Below, in pieces: positions 9,286 through 18,563 of a DNA stretch of 64,000 bases (position 1 is its first letter; every line of letters starts with the position of its first letter). Both the position numbers and the translations under genes were made by a program. The stretch covers positions 79,128 through 143,127 of the forward strand of contig JALHNY010000001.1 of NCBI GenBank assembly GCA_022843285.1, written 5' to 3'. The DNA is from Minisyncoccota bacterium (lineage in GTDB: Bacteria > Patescibacteriota > Minisyncoccia > UBA6257 > 2-01-FULL-56-20). The notes beneath the pieces are model-generated. The model worked only from the letters and a program-made list of their open reading frames with translations. It was not told the DNA's origin and did no database searches.

Positions 9286-9996
9286 CTAGGCTCGCCCCAG
9301 GTAGTGCTCGAGGGTGTAGACCCAGTCCTCCTCTGGGCGGTCTGAGTTCCGCTTCTGCTCCAGGAGCCACTCGAGGTAGCCCGGATCGGTGCGCGCCACG
9401 TCCTCGACCTTCGCGCCGAAGTACTTCCCGAACTTGATCGTGCGAATGAGCGAGGGGAGGAGCGAAATCTTCTGCATCTCGGCGATTGCCGCGTCCCGCT
9501 CCATGCCCGCAGCCTCCATCTTGGAGAGCAGCCGCTCGAAGAGCGCCGCGAGCACCCTCACGTCGGTGGCCGCGTCGTGCGCGCCACCGTCCACCTCGAT
9601 GCCCAGGTAGTACCTCAGGTACTGCAGCCCGTACTCGGGAATCACCGCGTCGGCGTCCAGGTGGCGCGCCACCTTGAGCGTGCAGATGCGGCGGGAGACC
9701 TCGATGCCCTCCGCCTCGAGCATGGCGGCATCAAAGGCGCAGTTGTGGCAGACCAGGATGCCGTCCTTCAGGAGGCCGGAAATCTTCTCGTGCGTGCCAC
9801 TGCCCGCGAACGCCGGCAGCCCCTCGAGCATCTTCTCGGTGATGTGCGTGATGCTCATGGCCTTCACGGACATGGGTACCGGCGGCTTGAAGCGGGCCAC
9901 CTCGAGCTCGCCGTCCACCTGGTACGCGACCTCGCAGAGGCGATCCTTCGCGGGGTCGTTGCCGGTGGTCTCGGTGTCCAGGAATACGAGCTTCAT
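9286..9996 (-). CDS. DEDDh 3'-5' exonuclease (ExoX/DnaQ-like)
   Basis: LDTETTG, HNCAFD and AHDAATDV motifs plus a C-terminal FGKY..DPGYLEW domain. TATACT lies 7 nt before the ATG. Confidence 0.9.
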   Translation of the reverse strand: MKLVFLDTETTGNDPAKDRLCEVAYQVDGELEVARFKPPVPMSVKAMSITHITEKMLEGLPAFAGSGTHEKISGLLKDGILVCHNCAFDAAMLEAEGIEVSRRICTLKVARHLDADAVIPEYGLQYLRYYLGIEVDGGAHDAATDVRVLAALFERLLSKMEAAGMERDAAIAEMQKISLLPSLIRTIKFGKYFGAKVEDVARTDPGYLEWLLEQKRNSDRPEEDWVYTLEHYLGRA

Positions 9997-10056
9997 GGGT
10001 GGCAGTATAGCTGACTCTTTAGCAAGAACTGCACCGCGCCCTGGTATACTTGCTGC

Positions 10057-11766
10057 GTGGAACAGCCCGAGGACATCACGTACATCGGCAGGACGGACTT
10101 CCGCGGCGCGGAGCGCCTCTTCGGCATCAAGCGCCGGGACCGCCGCCAGCACATGTACATCATCGGAAAGTCCGGCACGGGTAAGTCGACGCTGATCGGC
10201 AACCTCATGGTGCAGGACATCGCCAACGGCGAGGGCATCGCCGTCGTCGACCCGCACGGCGAGCTCGCGGAGCACACCATGGCGCGCATCCCACTCTCCA
10301 GGCGCCAGGACGTCGTGTACTTCAACCCGTCGGACCTGGAGTACTCCATCGGCTTTAACGTCCTGGAGCTCTCCGACCCGACCGACGCGAAGGAGAAGAA
10401 CCTCGTGGCCTCCGGCCTCATGAGCATCTTCGAGAAGCTCTGGGCGGGCACGTGGTCCTCGCGCATGGAGCACATCATGAACAACACCATCCTGGCGCTC
10501 CTCGACACGCCGGGCTCGACGCTCCTCGGCATCCCGCGCATGTTCGCGGACAACGCGTACCGGCAGCAGGTCCTCAACAACGTCACGGACCCGTCCGTGC
10601 TCTCGTTCTGGCTCAACGAGTACGAGACGTGGGACGACCGGTACCGCAAGGAGGCCATCGCGCCGATCCAGAACAAGGTCGGGCGCTTCCTCTCCACGCC
10701 GCTCATCCGCAACATCGTGGGGCAGAGCAAGAGCACGATCGACATCTACAAGATCATGAACGAGGGGAAGATCTTCATCATCAACCTCTCGAAGGGCATG
10801 ATCGGCGAGGACAACTCGGCGCTGCTCGGCGCGATGCTCATCACGAAGATTCAGCTCTCCGCCATGCGCCGCGTGGAGATTCGCGACGAGGACCAGCGCG
10901 TGGACTTCTACCTGTACGTCGACGAGTTCCAGAACTTCGCCACGGACTCCTTCGCCACTATTCTCTCGGAGGCCCGCAAGTACCGCCTGAACCTCGTGGT
11001 CGCGCACCAGTACGTCGGCCAGCTCGTCACGGACACGTCCACGCGCGTGCGCGACGCCATCTTCGGCAACGTGGGCACCATGGTGGCGTTCCGCGTGGGC
11101 GCCGATGACGCCGAGTTCCTCGAGCGCGAGTTCAAGCCGGAGTTCACGACCCACGACCTGATCAACCTCCCGAACCGCCGCATCTTCCTGAAGCTCATGG
11201 TGGACGGCGTCTCCTCGCGGCCGTTCTCCGCGTCCACGCTCCCGCCCTTCAAGGCAACCGAGGCGAGCATTCCCGAGGAGGAGATCGTCTCGGCGAGCCG
11301 CAAGCTGTACGCGCGGCCGCGCTACGTCATCGAGGCCGAAATCAACCAGAGCAGCGGCCTGGGCGGCACCGAGCAGCTCCGCCAGAAGCAGATCAGCGGC
11401 GCCATGCGCCGCGAGGGCCCGCGCGTGCGGACGCCGCAGCGCGGGGGAGACACCGCCGACCTCGCCGCGCTCGGCTTCGACATGACCTCGCACCGCTCTC
11501 CCGCGCCGCGCGCACCGCGCCCGCACGACGGCAACTACCGCCCCTCGAGCTTCGCCCCGCAGCGGAAGCCGGTGGCTCCACCCCCGCAGAGGCCGCCGGC
11601 CAAGCCGGCGGCGCCCGTCCGCGGCACCGGCGGCGTCTCGCTGTCCGCGCTCTCCGGGGAGGGCGGGTCGCGCCCGTCCATCGCGCCGAGCAAGCCCGTC
11701 GACGTCGAGGCAATCAAGAAGTCCATCGAGCAGGCACTGAAGAAGAATGAAGGCGACAAAGACTAG
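10057..11766 (+). CDS. Type IV coupling-protein-like (VirD4/TraD/HerA family) ATPase with Pro/Arg-rich tail
   Basis: HMYIIGKSGTGKS, VDPHG, LYVDEFQNF, LSEARKY, AHQY and IFGNVGT motifs. Confidence 0.9.
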   Translation: MEQPEDITYIGRTDFRGAERLFGIKRRDRRQHMYIIGKSGTGKSTLIGNLMVQDIANGEGIAVVDPHGELAEHTMARIPLSRRQDVVYFNPSDLEYSIGFNVLELSDPTDAKEKNLVASGLMSIFEKLWAGTWSSRMEHIMNNTILALLDTPGSTLLGIPRMFADNAYRQQVLNNVTDPSVLSFWLNEYETWDDRYRKEAIAPIQNKVGRFLSTPLIRNIVGQSKSTIDIYKIMNEGKIFIINLSKGMIGEDNSALLGAMLITKIQLSAMRRVEIRDEDQRVDFYLYVDEFQNFATDSFATILSEARKYRLNLVVAHQYVGQLVTDTSTRVRDAIFGNVGTMVAFRVGADDAEFLEREFKPEFTTHDLINLPNRRIFLKLMVDGVSSRPFSASTLPPFKATEASIPEEEIVSASRKLYARPRYVIEAEINQSSGLGGTEQLRQKQISGAMRREGPRVRTPQRGGDTADLAALGFDMTSHRSPAPRAPRPHDGNYRPSSFAPQRKPVAPPPQRPPAKPAAPVRGTGGVSLSALSGEGGSRPSIAPSKPVDVEAIKKSIEQALKKNEGDKD

Positions 11767-11773
11767 GCCTAGG

Positions 11774-12424
11774 GTGCGCTTCTCGCTCCTCTCCGCCGCC
11801 CCCGAGGTGGCGGAGAGCTACGCGCGCTCGTCCATTCTCGGCCGCGCCCAGCGAGCCGGCCTCATCCAGGTGGACCTGGTGGCCCTCAGGGACTTCGCCG
11901 GTGACGCGCACCGCACCATCGACGACAAGCCCTTCGGCGGCGGGCCGGGCATGGTCCTGAAGGTGGAGCCGATCGTGCGAGCCGTGAGGAGCGTGCGCCC
12001 GCGCCCGGGCGCCACGAGCCGCGTCGTTCTGTTTTCGACGCGCGGCAAGCCGTTCACGCAGAAGGAGGCGAAGCGGCTCTCGAAGTACAGGCACCTCGTG
12101 CTCATCGCCGGGCGGTACGAGGGCGTGGACGAGCGCGTGGCTGAGCACGTCGCGGACGAGGAGATCTCCCTGGGTGACTTCGTGCTCACCGGGGGAGAGG
12201 TCCCGGCGCTCGCGGTGATAGACGCGGTGAGCCGCCTCGTACCCGGCGTGCTCGGCAAGTCCGAGTCCCTCGAGGAGGTGAACGGCAGCTTCCCCACGTA
12301 CACGAGGCCCGCCTCGTTCTCCCCGGGCAGGGGCAAGGAGACGTGGGACGTTCCCGAGGTGCTCGCGTCCGGCGACCACGGGGCGGTGGCAGCGTGGCGT
12401 CGCGCCTCGAGGGGGACGCGGTAG
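11774..12424 (+). CDS. trmD: tRNA (guanine37-N1)-methyltransferase
   Basis: DDKPFGGGPGMV, GRYEGVDERV, SLGDFVLTGGE, YTRP and VPEVLASGDH motifs. Confidence 0.95.
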   Translation: MRFSLLSAAPEVAESYARSSILGRAQRAGLIQVDLVALRDFAGDAHRTIDDKPFGGGPGMVLKVEPIVRAVRSVRPRPGATSRVVLFSTRGKPFTQKEAKRLSKYRHLVLIAGRYEGVDERVAEHVADEEISLGDFVLTGGEVPALAVIDAVSRLVPGVLGKSESLEEVNGSFPTYTRPASFSPGRGKETWDVPEVLASGDHGAVAAWRRASRGTR

Positions 12425-13506
12425 GGCTCGCGGCGGCCGGCGTCGTTTCGGGAACGGCGCTCGCCGCGCTGGGCGCCCCCGCTCTCCTCGCCGCGCTCTC
12501 CGCGTCCGCCCCGCTCGCTCTCCTGAGGCGCCGCGCCTGGGTGCTCAGCGCCGCCCTGCTGCTGGCGTTCGCGTCTTTCGCCACCCGGGTCGGCGGTGGC
12601 CGCTCCGCGCCCGATCCGCTCGCGACTTTGCGGGCGGGCCTGCTGGCCCCGCTGCTGCGGAGCGTGCCCGGCGATTCGGGCGCGCTCGCCGCGGGCCTCA
12701 CGCTCGGCGATGACGGGTACTTCAGCGCGGACGCCCGGCGCAGCTTCCGCGACAGCGCCACGACCCACCTCGTCGCCCTCTCGGGGTTCAACGTGGCGCT
12801 CATGGTCGGCGCGCTCCGGAGGGTTCTCGCGAGGCACCTGAGCCCGCGCCGCTTCGCGGTGCTCGCGTGCGCCGCCCTCCTGGCCTTCCTCTGCGTCACG
12901 GGCTTCCAGCCCTCCCTGCTGCGAGCCTCGCTCGCCGGCGGCGCGCTCCTGCTCGCCGGGGCGTGGGGGAGGCGCGCGGGGCACGCGCGCGTGGTGCTCC
13001 TGGTGGCCGCGGCGATGCTCGTCGCGGCGCCGTCCTTCGCCCTTCACCTCGGCTTCACGCTCTCCTTTGCCGCAGCGTGGGCGCTCGTTGCTACGGTGGG
13101 TGACGTGGAGAGGCTCCTCATCAGCGGCCGGGCGACGGCAAGGGACGTGATCGTCTCCGGCGTGATCCCGACGGCCGTCGCGCAGCTCGCCGTGCTGCCG
13201 GTGCTCCTCGCGGCGGTGGGCACGGTCCCGCTCGTGGGGTTCCTGGTGAACCCCGCCCTCGTTCCCGCGGTTCCCGCCCTCACCGCCGCGTCGTGGCTGC
13301 AGCTGCTCGCCTCGCACGTGTCGCCCGACGTCGCGACACTCGGCGGCGCGGTGACCGGCGCCGCGCTGAGCTTCGTCACGGGCGCCGCGGGCGCCGCCGC
13401 CAGCACCCCGCTCGCCGTTACGCTGCCCGTCCCGCCGCTCCTGGTCGTCGCCGGGTACGCCGCGTGGTTCCTCCTCGCCGTGCGCCGCAAGCCGCGCCTG
13501 TGGTGA
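12394..13506 (+). CDS. comEC: ComEC/Rec2 competence membrane domain
   Basis: HLVALSGFNV, PSLLRA and GFTLSFAA motifs with many TM segments. Start codon uncertain. Confidence 0.85.
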   Translation: MASRLEGDAVGLAAAGVVSGTALAALGAPALLAALSASAPLALLRRRAWVLSAALLLAFASFATRVGGGRSAPDPLATLRAGLLAPLLRSVPGDSGALAAGLTLGDDGYFSADARRSFRDSATTHLVALSGFNVALMVGALRRVLARHLSPRRFAVLACAALLAFLCVTGFQPSLLRASLAGGALLLAGAWGRRAGHARVVLLVAAAMLVAAPSFALHLGFTLSFAAAWALVATVGDVERLLISGRATARDVIVSGVIPTAVAQLAVLPVLLAAVGTVPLVGFLVNPALVPAVPALTAASWLQLLASHVSPDVATLGGAVTGAALSFVTGAAGAAASTPLAVTLPVPPLLVVAGYAAWFLLAVRRKPRLW

Positions 13507-14315
13507 GGCACGGCTTCCTGCTCCTCCTCGCACTCACCGGGTGCGCGTGCCTGCTCACGCTGCCGCGGCGCGACTCAGCCCGCGCGCTCTCGCTCATCGA
13601 CGTGGGCCAGGGTGACGCCGCCTACATCCAGTCCGGCGGCGCCGGGCTGCTGGTCGACACGGGCGTCCCCGGGAGCTCCGCAGACCTCTCGGCACCCGGC
13701 CCGGTGAGCGCGCTCCTGGTTACGCACCTGGAGCGCGACCACGCGGGCGACGCGGCGAAGGTCATCGCGCGTGGCAACCTCGCCGCCGTTTTCTGGAACG
13801 GGCGCACCGATGCGCCGCTCCACGGCGATGTTGCGAGGGCAGCCGGTGCGGCTGGCGTGCCGCTCGTCGCGCTCGTGCCCGGTGACGTCCTCAGGGTGGG
13901 GGACGTGCGGCTCGAGGTCCTATCTCCCGGCCCCGGGTACCGGACGAGCGCGGACCACAACGACAGCTCTCTCGTCCTGCGCGCCGACTTTCCCGAGTTC
14001 TCGGCTCTCCTGACGGGGGACGCCCCCGCCGAGGTCGAGCGCCTCCTGCCGCCGGGTCCGGCGGACGTCGACGTCCTGAAGCTCGGCCACCACGGCTCCA
14101 AGACGGCCACCGGTGACCACCTCCTGGATCTCGCGACGCCCGCACTGGCCCTCGTGTCCGTCGGGGCGGGCAACCGCTACGGGCACCCCGCGCCCGAGGT
14201 GCTCGCGCGGCTCGAGGGGCGCGGCATCCCGCTCCTGCGCACGGACGAGCAGGGGACCATCACGGTGTTCTGGCGCGACGGCGAGCTGCGCGCCTCGACG
14301 TCGAGCGCGCGCTAG
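13503..14315 (+). CDS. ComEC-type metallo-beta-lactamase-fold domain encoded as a separate ORF
   Basis: IDVGQGDA, THLERDHAG, NDSSLV, LLTGD, KLGHHGS, NRYGHP and RTDEQG motifs. GTGA overlap with the upstream ORF. Confidence 0.88.
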   Translation: MRHGFLLLLALTGCACLLTLPRRDSARALSLIDVGQGDAAYIQSGGAGLLVDTGVPGSSADLSAPGPVSALLVTHLERDHAGDAAKVIARGNLAAVFWNGRTDAPLHGDVARAAGAAGVPLVALVPGDVLRVGDVRLEVLSPGPGYRTSADHNDSSLVLRADFPEFSALLTGDAPAEVERLLPPGPADVDVLKLGHHGSKTATGDHLLDLATPALALVSVGAGNRYGHPAPEVLARLEGRGIPLLRTDEQGTITVFWRDGELRASTSSAR

Positions 14316-14337
14316 GGGTGCACGGTATACTGGGCTC

Positions 14338-15450
14338 GTGCCCAACCTCAAGACCATCTTCCGGCGCGCGCACTCCGCGGACCAGATGCTCGCGGCCATC
14401 ATGGCGCTCCTCGTCGCCGGGGGACTGGTCATCCTCGCCTCCGCGTCCAGCAACCTCGGCGAGGTGAACTACGGTGACTCGTACTACTACCTCAAGCACC
14501 AGATCCTGTACGGCCTCACGCTGGGCATCGCCGGCTTCCTGATCGCGAGCCGCGTGCACTACACGTGGCTCAAGAAGGTAGCCTTCCCGCTGCTCATCGT
14601 CTCCGCGCTCTGCCTGCTGCTCGTCCCGTTCGTGGGCGTCACCGTGCAGGGGGCGACCCGCTGGCTGGCCATCGGCCCCATCACGTTCCAGCCGTCCGAG
14701 CTGCTCAAGATCACCTACATCCTGTACCTGGCCGCGTGGCTCTCCGGCGCGTCCCGCCGCCGCACGCAGGACGTGCGGACGGGGTTCCTGCCGTTCCTCA
14801 TCGTCTCGGGGGGCATCGCGCTCCTGCTCATGCTGCAGCCGGCGACCTCGACGCTGATCATCCTGCTCGGGTCCGGCCTCATCCTGTACACGTTCGGCGG
14901 CGCGCCGTTCAAGTACTTCCTCATCTCGGTGCTGCTCGGCGTCGTCGCAATCGGGGCGCTCATCTCCATTACCGGGTACCAGCTGGACCGCATCAAGGGC
15001 TTCCTGAACCCCTCCGAGACGTCCCAGGCAGAGGGCTTCCACACCACGCAGGCGCTGATCGCGATCGGCTCGGGGGGCATCACGGGCGTCGGGTACGGCG
15101 AGTCCACGACGAAGGTCTCGTTCCTCCCCGAGCCCACCGATGACTCCATCTTCGCCGTCGCCGCCGAGGAGTTCGGGTTCATAGGCTCGAGCATCATCGT
15201 CGCGCTCTTCGGCTCGCTCGTGGTCCGCCTCTACATGCTCGCGTGGCGCACCAAGGACCAGTTCGGGCAGCTCCTGCTCGTCGGGTTCGGCACGGTCATC
15301 GGCGCGCAGGCGTTCGTCAACATGGCGGTCATCTCGGGCATGGGGCCGCTCACGGGCGTCCCGCTGCCGTTCATCAGCTACGGCGGCACGGCTCTCGCCG
15401 TCTTCATGACGATGATCGGCATCTCGAGCAACGTCTCGGCCAACAACTGA
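14338..15450 (+). CDS. ftsW: SEDS family peptidoglycan glycosyltransferase FtsW/RodA
   Basis: GATRW, FQPSELLK, FLPEPTDDSIF and TGVPLPFISYGG motifs; directly upstream of murG. Confidence 0.9.
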   Translation: MPNLKTIFRRAHSADQMLAAIMALLVAGGLVILASASSNLGEVNYGDSYYYLKHQILYGLTLGIAGFLIASRVHYTWLKKVAFPLLIVSALCLLLVPFVGVTVQGATRWLAIGPITFQPSELLKITYILYLAAWLSGASRRRTQDVRTGFLPFLIVSGGIALLLMLQPATSTLIILLGSGLILYTFGGAPFKYFLISVLLGVVAIGALISITGYQLDRIKGFLNPSETSQAEGFHTTQALIAIGSGGITGVGYGESTTKVSFLPEPTDDSIFAVAAEEFGFIGSSIIVALFGSLVVRLYMLAWRTKDQFGQLLLVGFGTVIGAQAFVNMAVISGMGPLTGVPLPFISYGGTALAVFMTMIGISSNVSANN

Positions 15451-15480
15451 TCCCGCGCCTGGTATACTCACGGCACTGCC

Positions 15481-16605
15481 ATGGGCACCAGGCGCATTCT
15501 CATGACCGGCGGCGGGAGCGGGGGGCACGTGTACCCGCTGCTTGCCGTTGCCGAGGTGATTCGCTCCCAGGATTTGGGGAGGACCATTGAGTTGCACTAC
15601 CTGGGGCCCCAGGACGCGTACCGGCCGCTCTTCGAGGCGCTGGACGTGCAGGTGCACGCGCTCTCGGGCGCGAAGCTGCGCCGCTACTTCTCGGTCCAGA
15701 ACCTGCTCGACGTGCCGCGCTTCTTCCTCTCCCTGCTGCAAGCGTTCTGGCGCGTCTTCCTCCTGATGCCCGACGCCACGTACTCGAAGGGCGGCCCCGG
15801 AGCCCTCCCGGTGGTGTTCGCGTCCTGGTTCTTCCGCGTGCCCGTGCTCATCCACGAGTCCGACGTCGTGCCGGGCCTCACCAACCGCATCTCGGCGCGC
15901 TTCGCCCGCCGCATCGCGGTGAGCTTCGAGTCCGCCGTGCACCACTTCCCGCCGTCCAAGGTCGCCTGGAGCGGCCACCCGGAGCGCCGCAGCATCCGCG
16001 AGGCGGGTCTCACGCGCGAGGGCGCGAAGTCCAAGCTCGGGTTCCTCCCCGATGAGCCCCTCACCGTGGTCATCGGCGGGTCGCAGGGCTCCGTGCGCCT
16101 CAACGAGGCGGTCCTGGGCGCCATGGCTGCGCTCGTGCCGGTCACGCAGGTGCTGCACCAGGTCGGGCCCGGGAACGAGGCCGAGGCGGGCGCCATTGCG
16201 GAGGCCGGCATGCTCGCGGCTGCCGGGATGGTCGCGGCGCGCCACCCGTGGAAGGTCGTCCCGTACCTCGTCGACATCGGCACGGCGATCACCGCCGCGG
16301 ACCTGGTGGTGTCACGGGCGGGGAGCGGCAGCATCTTCGAGATCGCGTCATTCGGGCGCCCCGCCATTCTCGTGCCCCTGCCCGAGTCCGCGAACGACCA
16401 CCAGCGCCTCAACGCGCTCGCCTTCGCCGAGGCGGGCGGGGCGCTCGTCATCGAGGAGACGAACCTCGTGCCGGGCATCCTCGCGCGCCAGGTTTCCGAC
16501 ATTCTCGGCAACCTCTCCCGGCGGCAGGCCATGGAGACGGCGAGCCGCTCGTTCTCGAAGGACGGCGCGGCAGACCTCATCGCCGCGGAGCTCCTGCGCA
16601 TCTAG
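15481..16605 (+). CDS. murG: Lipid II GlcNAc transferase MurG
   Basis: GGGSGGHVYP, HESD, GGSQG, SRAG and HQRLNA motifs. Confidence 0.95.
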   Translation: MGTRRILMTGGGSGGHVYPLLAVAEVIRSQDLGRTIELHYLGPQDAYRPLFEALDVQVHALSGAKLRRYFSVQNLLDVPRFFLSLLQAFWRVFLLMPDATYSKGGPGALPVVFASWFFRVPVLIHESDVVPGLTNRISARFARRIAVSFESAVHHFPPSKVAWSGHPERRSIREAGLTREGAKSKLGFLPDEPLTVVIGGSQGSVRLNEAVLGAMAALVPVTQVLHQVGPGNEAEAGAIAEAGMLAAAGMVAARHPWKVVPYLVDIGTAITAADLVVSRAGSGSIFEIASFGRPAILVPLPESANDHQRLNALAFAEAGGALVIEETNLVPGILARQVSDILGNLSRRQAMETASRSFSKDGAADLIAAELLRI

Positions 16606-16684
16606 TTGCTGTTCCTGGGAAAAGTGATATAACTTTTACCGGTGCCACGGACGTGGCAAATTTTATAACTGAGAGGTAGTAGAG

Positions 16685-17026
16685 ATGAGAAACGAAATTC
16701 CCGACGCCCTGTCTCAGGACGAGAGCACGGGCTGCCTGCAGTACATCGTGGCGACGGTCATCGGAGTGGTGATCAGCCTCGTGGGCTTTTTCACCAACGA
16801 GCGCACGCTGGCGAACTTCGCCCTGGCGAGCCTCGCCGGCGCCACGACAGCCGTCGCGTGCCTGCTCATGTGGGCTTTCGCCAACAACGACGAGAAGCTC
16901 GGTCGGGAGCGCACGCGCGATGTGCTGCACTCCTGGCTCATCGTCTGGGTAATCATGCTCGTGCTCGTCGCGTGCTACTCCGCCCTGGCGTTTGCCATAT
17001 GGCTGGCTTACCGGTGGATTTTTTAG
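16685..17026 (+). CDS. Orphan three-TM membrane protein
   Basis: Three hydrophobic segments; GAGAGG SD and an AT-rich leader with TGATATAACT. Confidence 0.65.
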   Translation: MRNEIPDALSQDESTGCLQYIVATVIGVVISLVGFFTNERTLANFALASLAGATTAVACLLMWAFANNDEKLGRERTRDVLHSWLIVWVIMLVLVACYSALAFAIWLAYRWIF

Positions 17027-17107
17027 GCAGTTTCCCAGGTGAGCGGTGCAACGAAGTCCGGGGCGAGAGCCTCGGATTTCTCCTTTTCTGGTGGTACAGT
17101 GACGTCC

Positions 17108-18514
17108 ATGAGCGAGCAGATTCGCGTCCGCATGGCACCGTCCCCGACGGGGCACCTGCACGTCGGCACCGCACGGGCCGCGCTCTTCAACTACCTCTAC
17201 GCCCGCCACTACGGCGCCACGTTCATCCTGCGCCTCGAGGACACGGACCAAGAGCGCAGCCGGGACGAGTTCGCCCGGGAGATCGTGGAGGGCCTCGAGT
17301 GGATGGGCATGCGCTGGGACGAGGGCCCGTACGTCGAGGGCGGCGAGTGGCGCTCGCGCGGCGACTTCGGCCCGTACCTCCAGAGCCAGCGCACCGAGAC
17401 GTACCGCACGTACCTCGAGCGCCTGCTCGCGTCTGGGCACGCGTACTGGTGCTACTGCACCAAGGAGGAGCTCGAGGCGGAGCGCGCCCGGCAGCAGGAG
17501 GCGAAGCAGGCACCGCGGTACGCGGGCACCTGCCGCGAGCTCTCCGGCCCGCCCGAAGGCAAAATTGCACAGGTCGTCCGCTTCAAGACGCCAGGTGGGG
17601 ACGTGACGTTCGCGGACGTCATCCGCGGCGAGATCAAGACCGACGCCGCGCTCCTCGATGACTTCGCGATTGCGAAGGGCCTCGATGTGCCCCTGTACAA
17701 CTTCGCGGTGGTGGCGGACGACATAGAGATGCAGATCACGCACGTCATCCGCGGCGAGGATCACATCTCGAACACGCCGAAGCAGCTGCTCATTTTTGCG
17801 GCGCTCGGCGCCACCCCGCCGCGCTACGCGCACCTGCCACTCGTCCTCGCCGCGGACCGCACGAAGCTCTCCAAGCGCACGAGCGAGACGTCGCTGCTCG
17901 CGTACCGCGACCAGGGCTTCCTGCCCTCCGCGCTCGTGAACTTCTTCGCGCTCCTCGGCTGGCACCCCGCGGGGGACCGGGAGGTGCTCTCCCCGGACGA
18001 GCTCATTGCCGAGTTCACCATCGAGCGCGTGCAGAAGTCCGGCGCCGTCTTCGATGAGGCGAAGCTCAGGCACATCAACCGGGAGCACATCAAGCTGATG
18101 GACCCGCGCGACCTGGCACTGGCGCTCCGCCCCTTCTTTGCGGGTGCAAACCTCAGCGACGAGGTGCTGGAGCGGTTCGCCGCTGCGGAGCAGGGGAGGG
18201 CGGACACGCTCGCCGAGATGGCTGCGGGTGCCGCCTGGCTCACGTCGTACGAGCTGCCCGGTGCGGACGTCCTGGACCGCCAGGGAGGCGCCCGCGCGCA
18301 CCTGGAAGCCGCCGCAGCTGCAGCCGCCAGCGGCCGCCTGGAGTCCTGGATTGCCCCGTACGCCGAGGAGCACGGGAAGAAGGAGGTGTACTGGCCGGTG
18401 CGCGTGGCCCTCTCCGGATCGGAGAAGTCTCCCGATCCCGTTTCCCTCGCGGCGGTGCTCGGCCCGGAGGAGTCTGCCGCGCGCCTGGCTGCCGCAGCCC
18501 AGAAGCTCCAGTAA
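17108..18514 (+). CDS. gltX: Glutamate--tRNA ligase
   Basis: RMAPSPTGHLHVG (HIGH-like), LRLEDTD, HVIRGEDH and KLSKR motifs. Confidence 0.97.
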   Translation: MSEQIRVRMAPSPTGHLHVGTARAALFNYLYARHYGATFILRLEDTDQERSRDEFAREIVEGLEWMGMRWDEGPYVEGGEWRSRGDFGPYLQSQRTETYRTYLERLLASGHAYWCYCTKEELEAERARQQEAKQAPRYAGTCRELSGPPEGKIAQVVRFKTPGGDVTFADVIRGEIKTDAALLDDFAIAKGLDVPLYNFAVVADDIEMQITHVIRGEDHISNTPKQLLIFAALGATPPRYAHLPLVLAADRTKLSKRTSETSLLAYRDQGFLPSALVNFFALLGWHPAGDREVLSPDELIAEFTIERVQKSGAVFDEAKLRHINREHIKLMDPRDLALALRPFFAGANLSDEVLERFAAAEQGRADTLAEMAAGAAWLTSYELPGADVLDRQGGARAHLEAAAAAAASGRLESWIAPYAEEHGKKEVYWPVRVALSGSEKSPDPVSLAAVLGPEESAARLAAAAQKLQ

Positions 18515-18563
18515 GTGCGGGGCTCCTGACCCGTTGTAGCGGGTAGTGTATACTTACCCCCGT

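Noticed and set aside
10057-11766. Integrative conjugative element
   Set aside because: There is no relaxase, VirB4/VirB6 set, integrase or compositional anomaly, and the gene runs directly into trmD.
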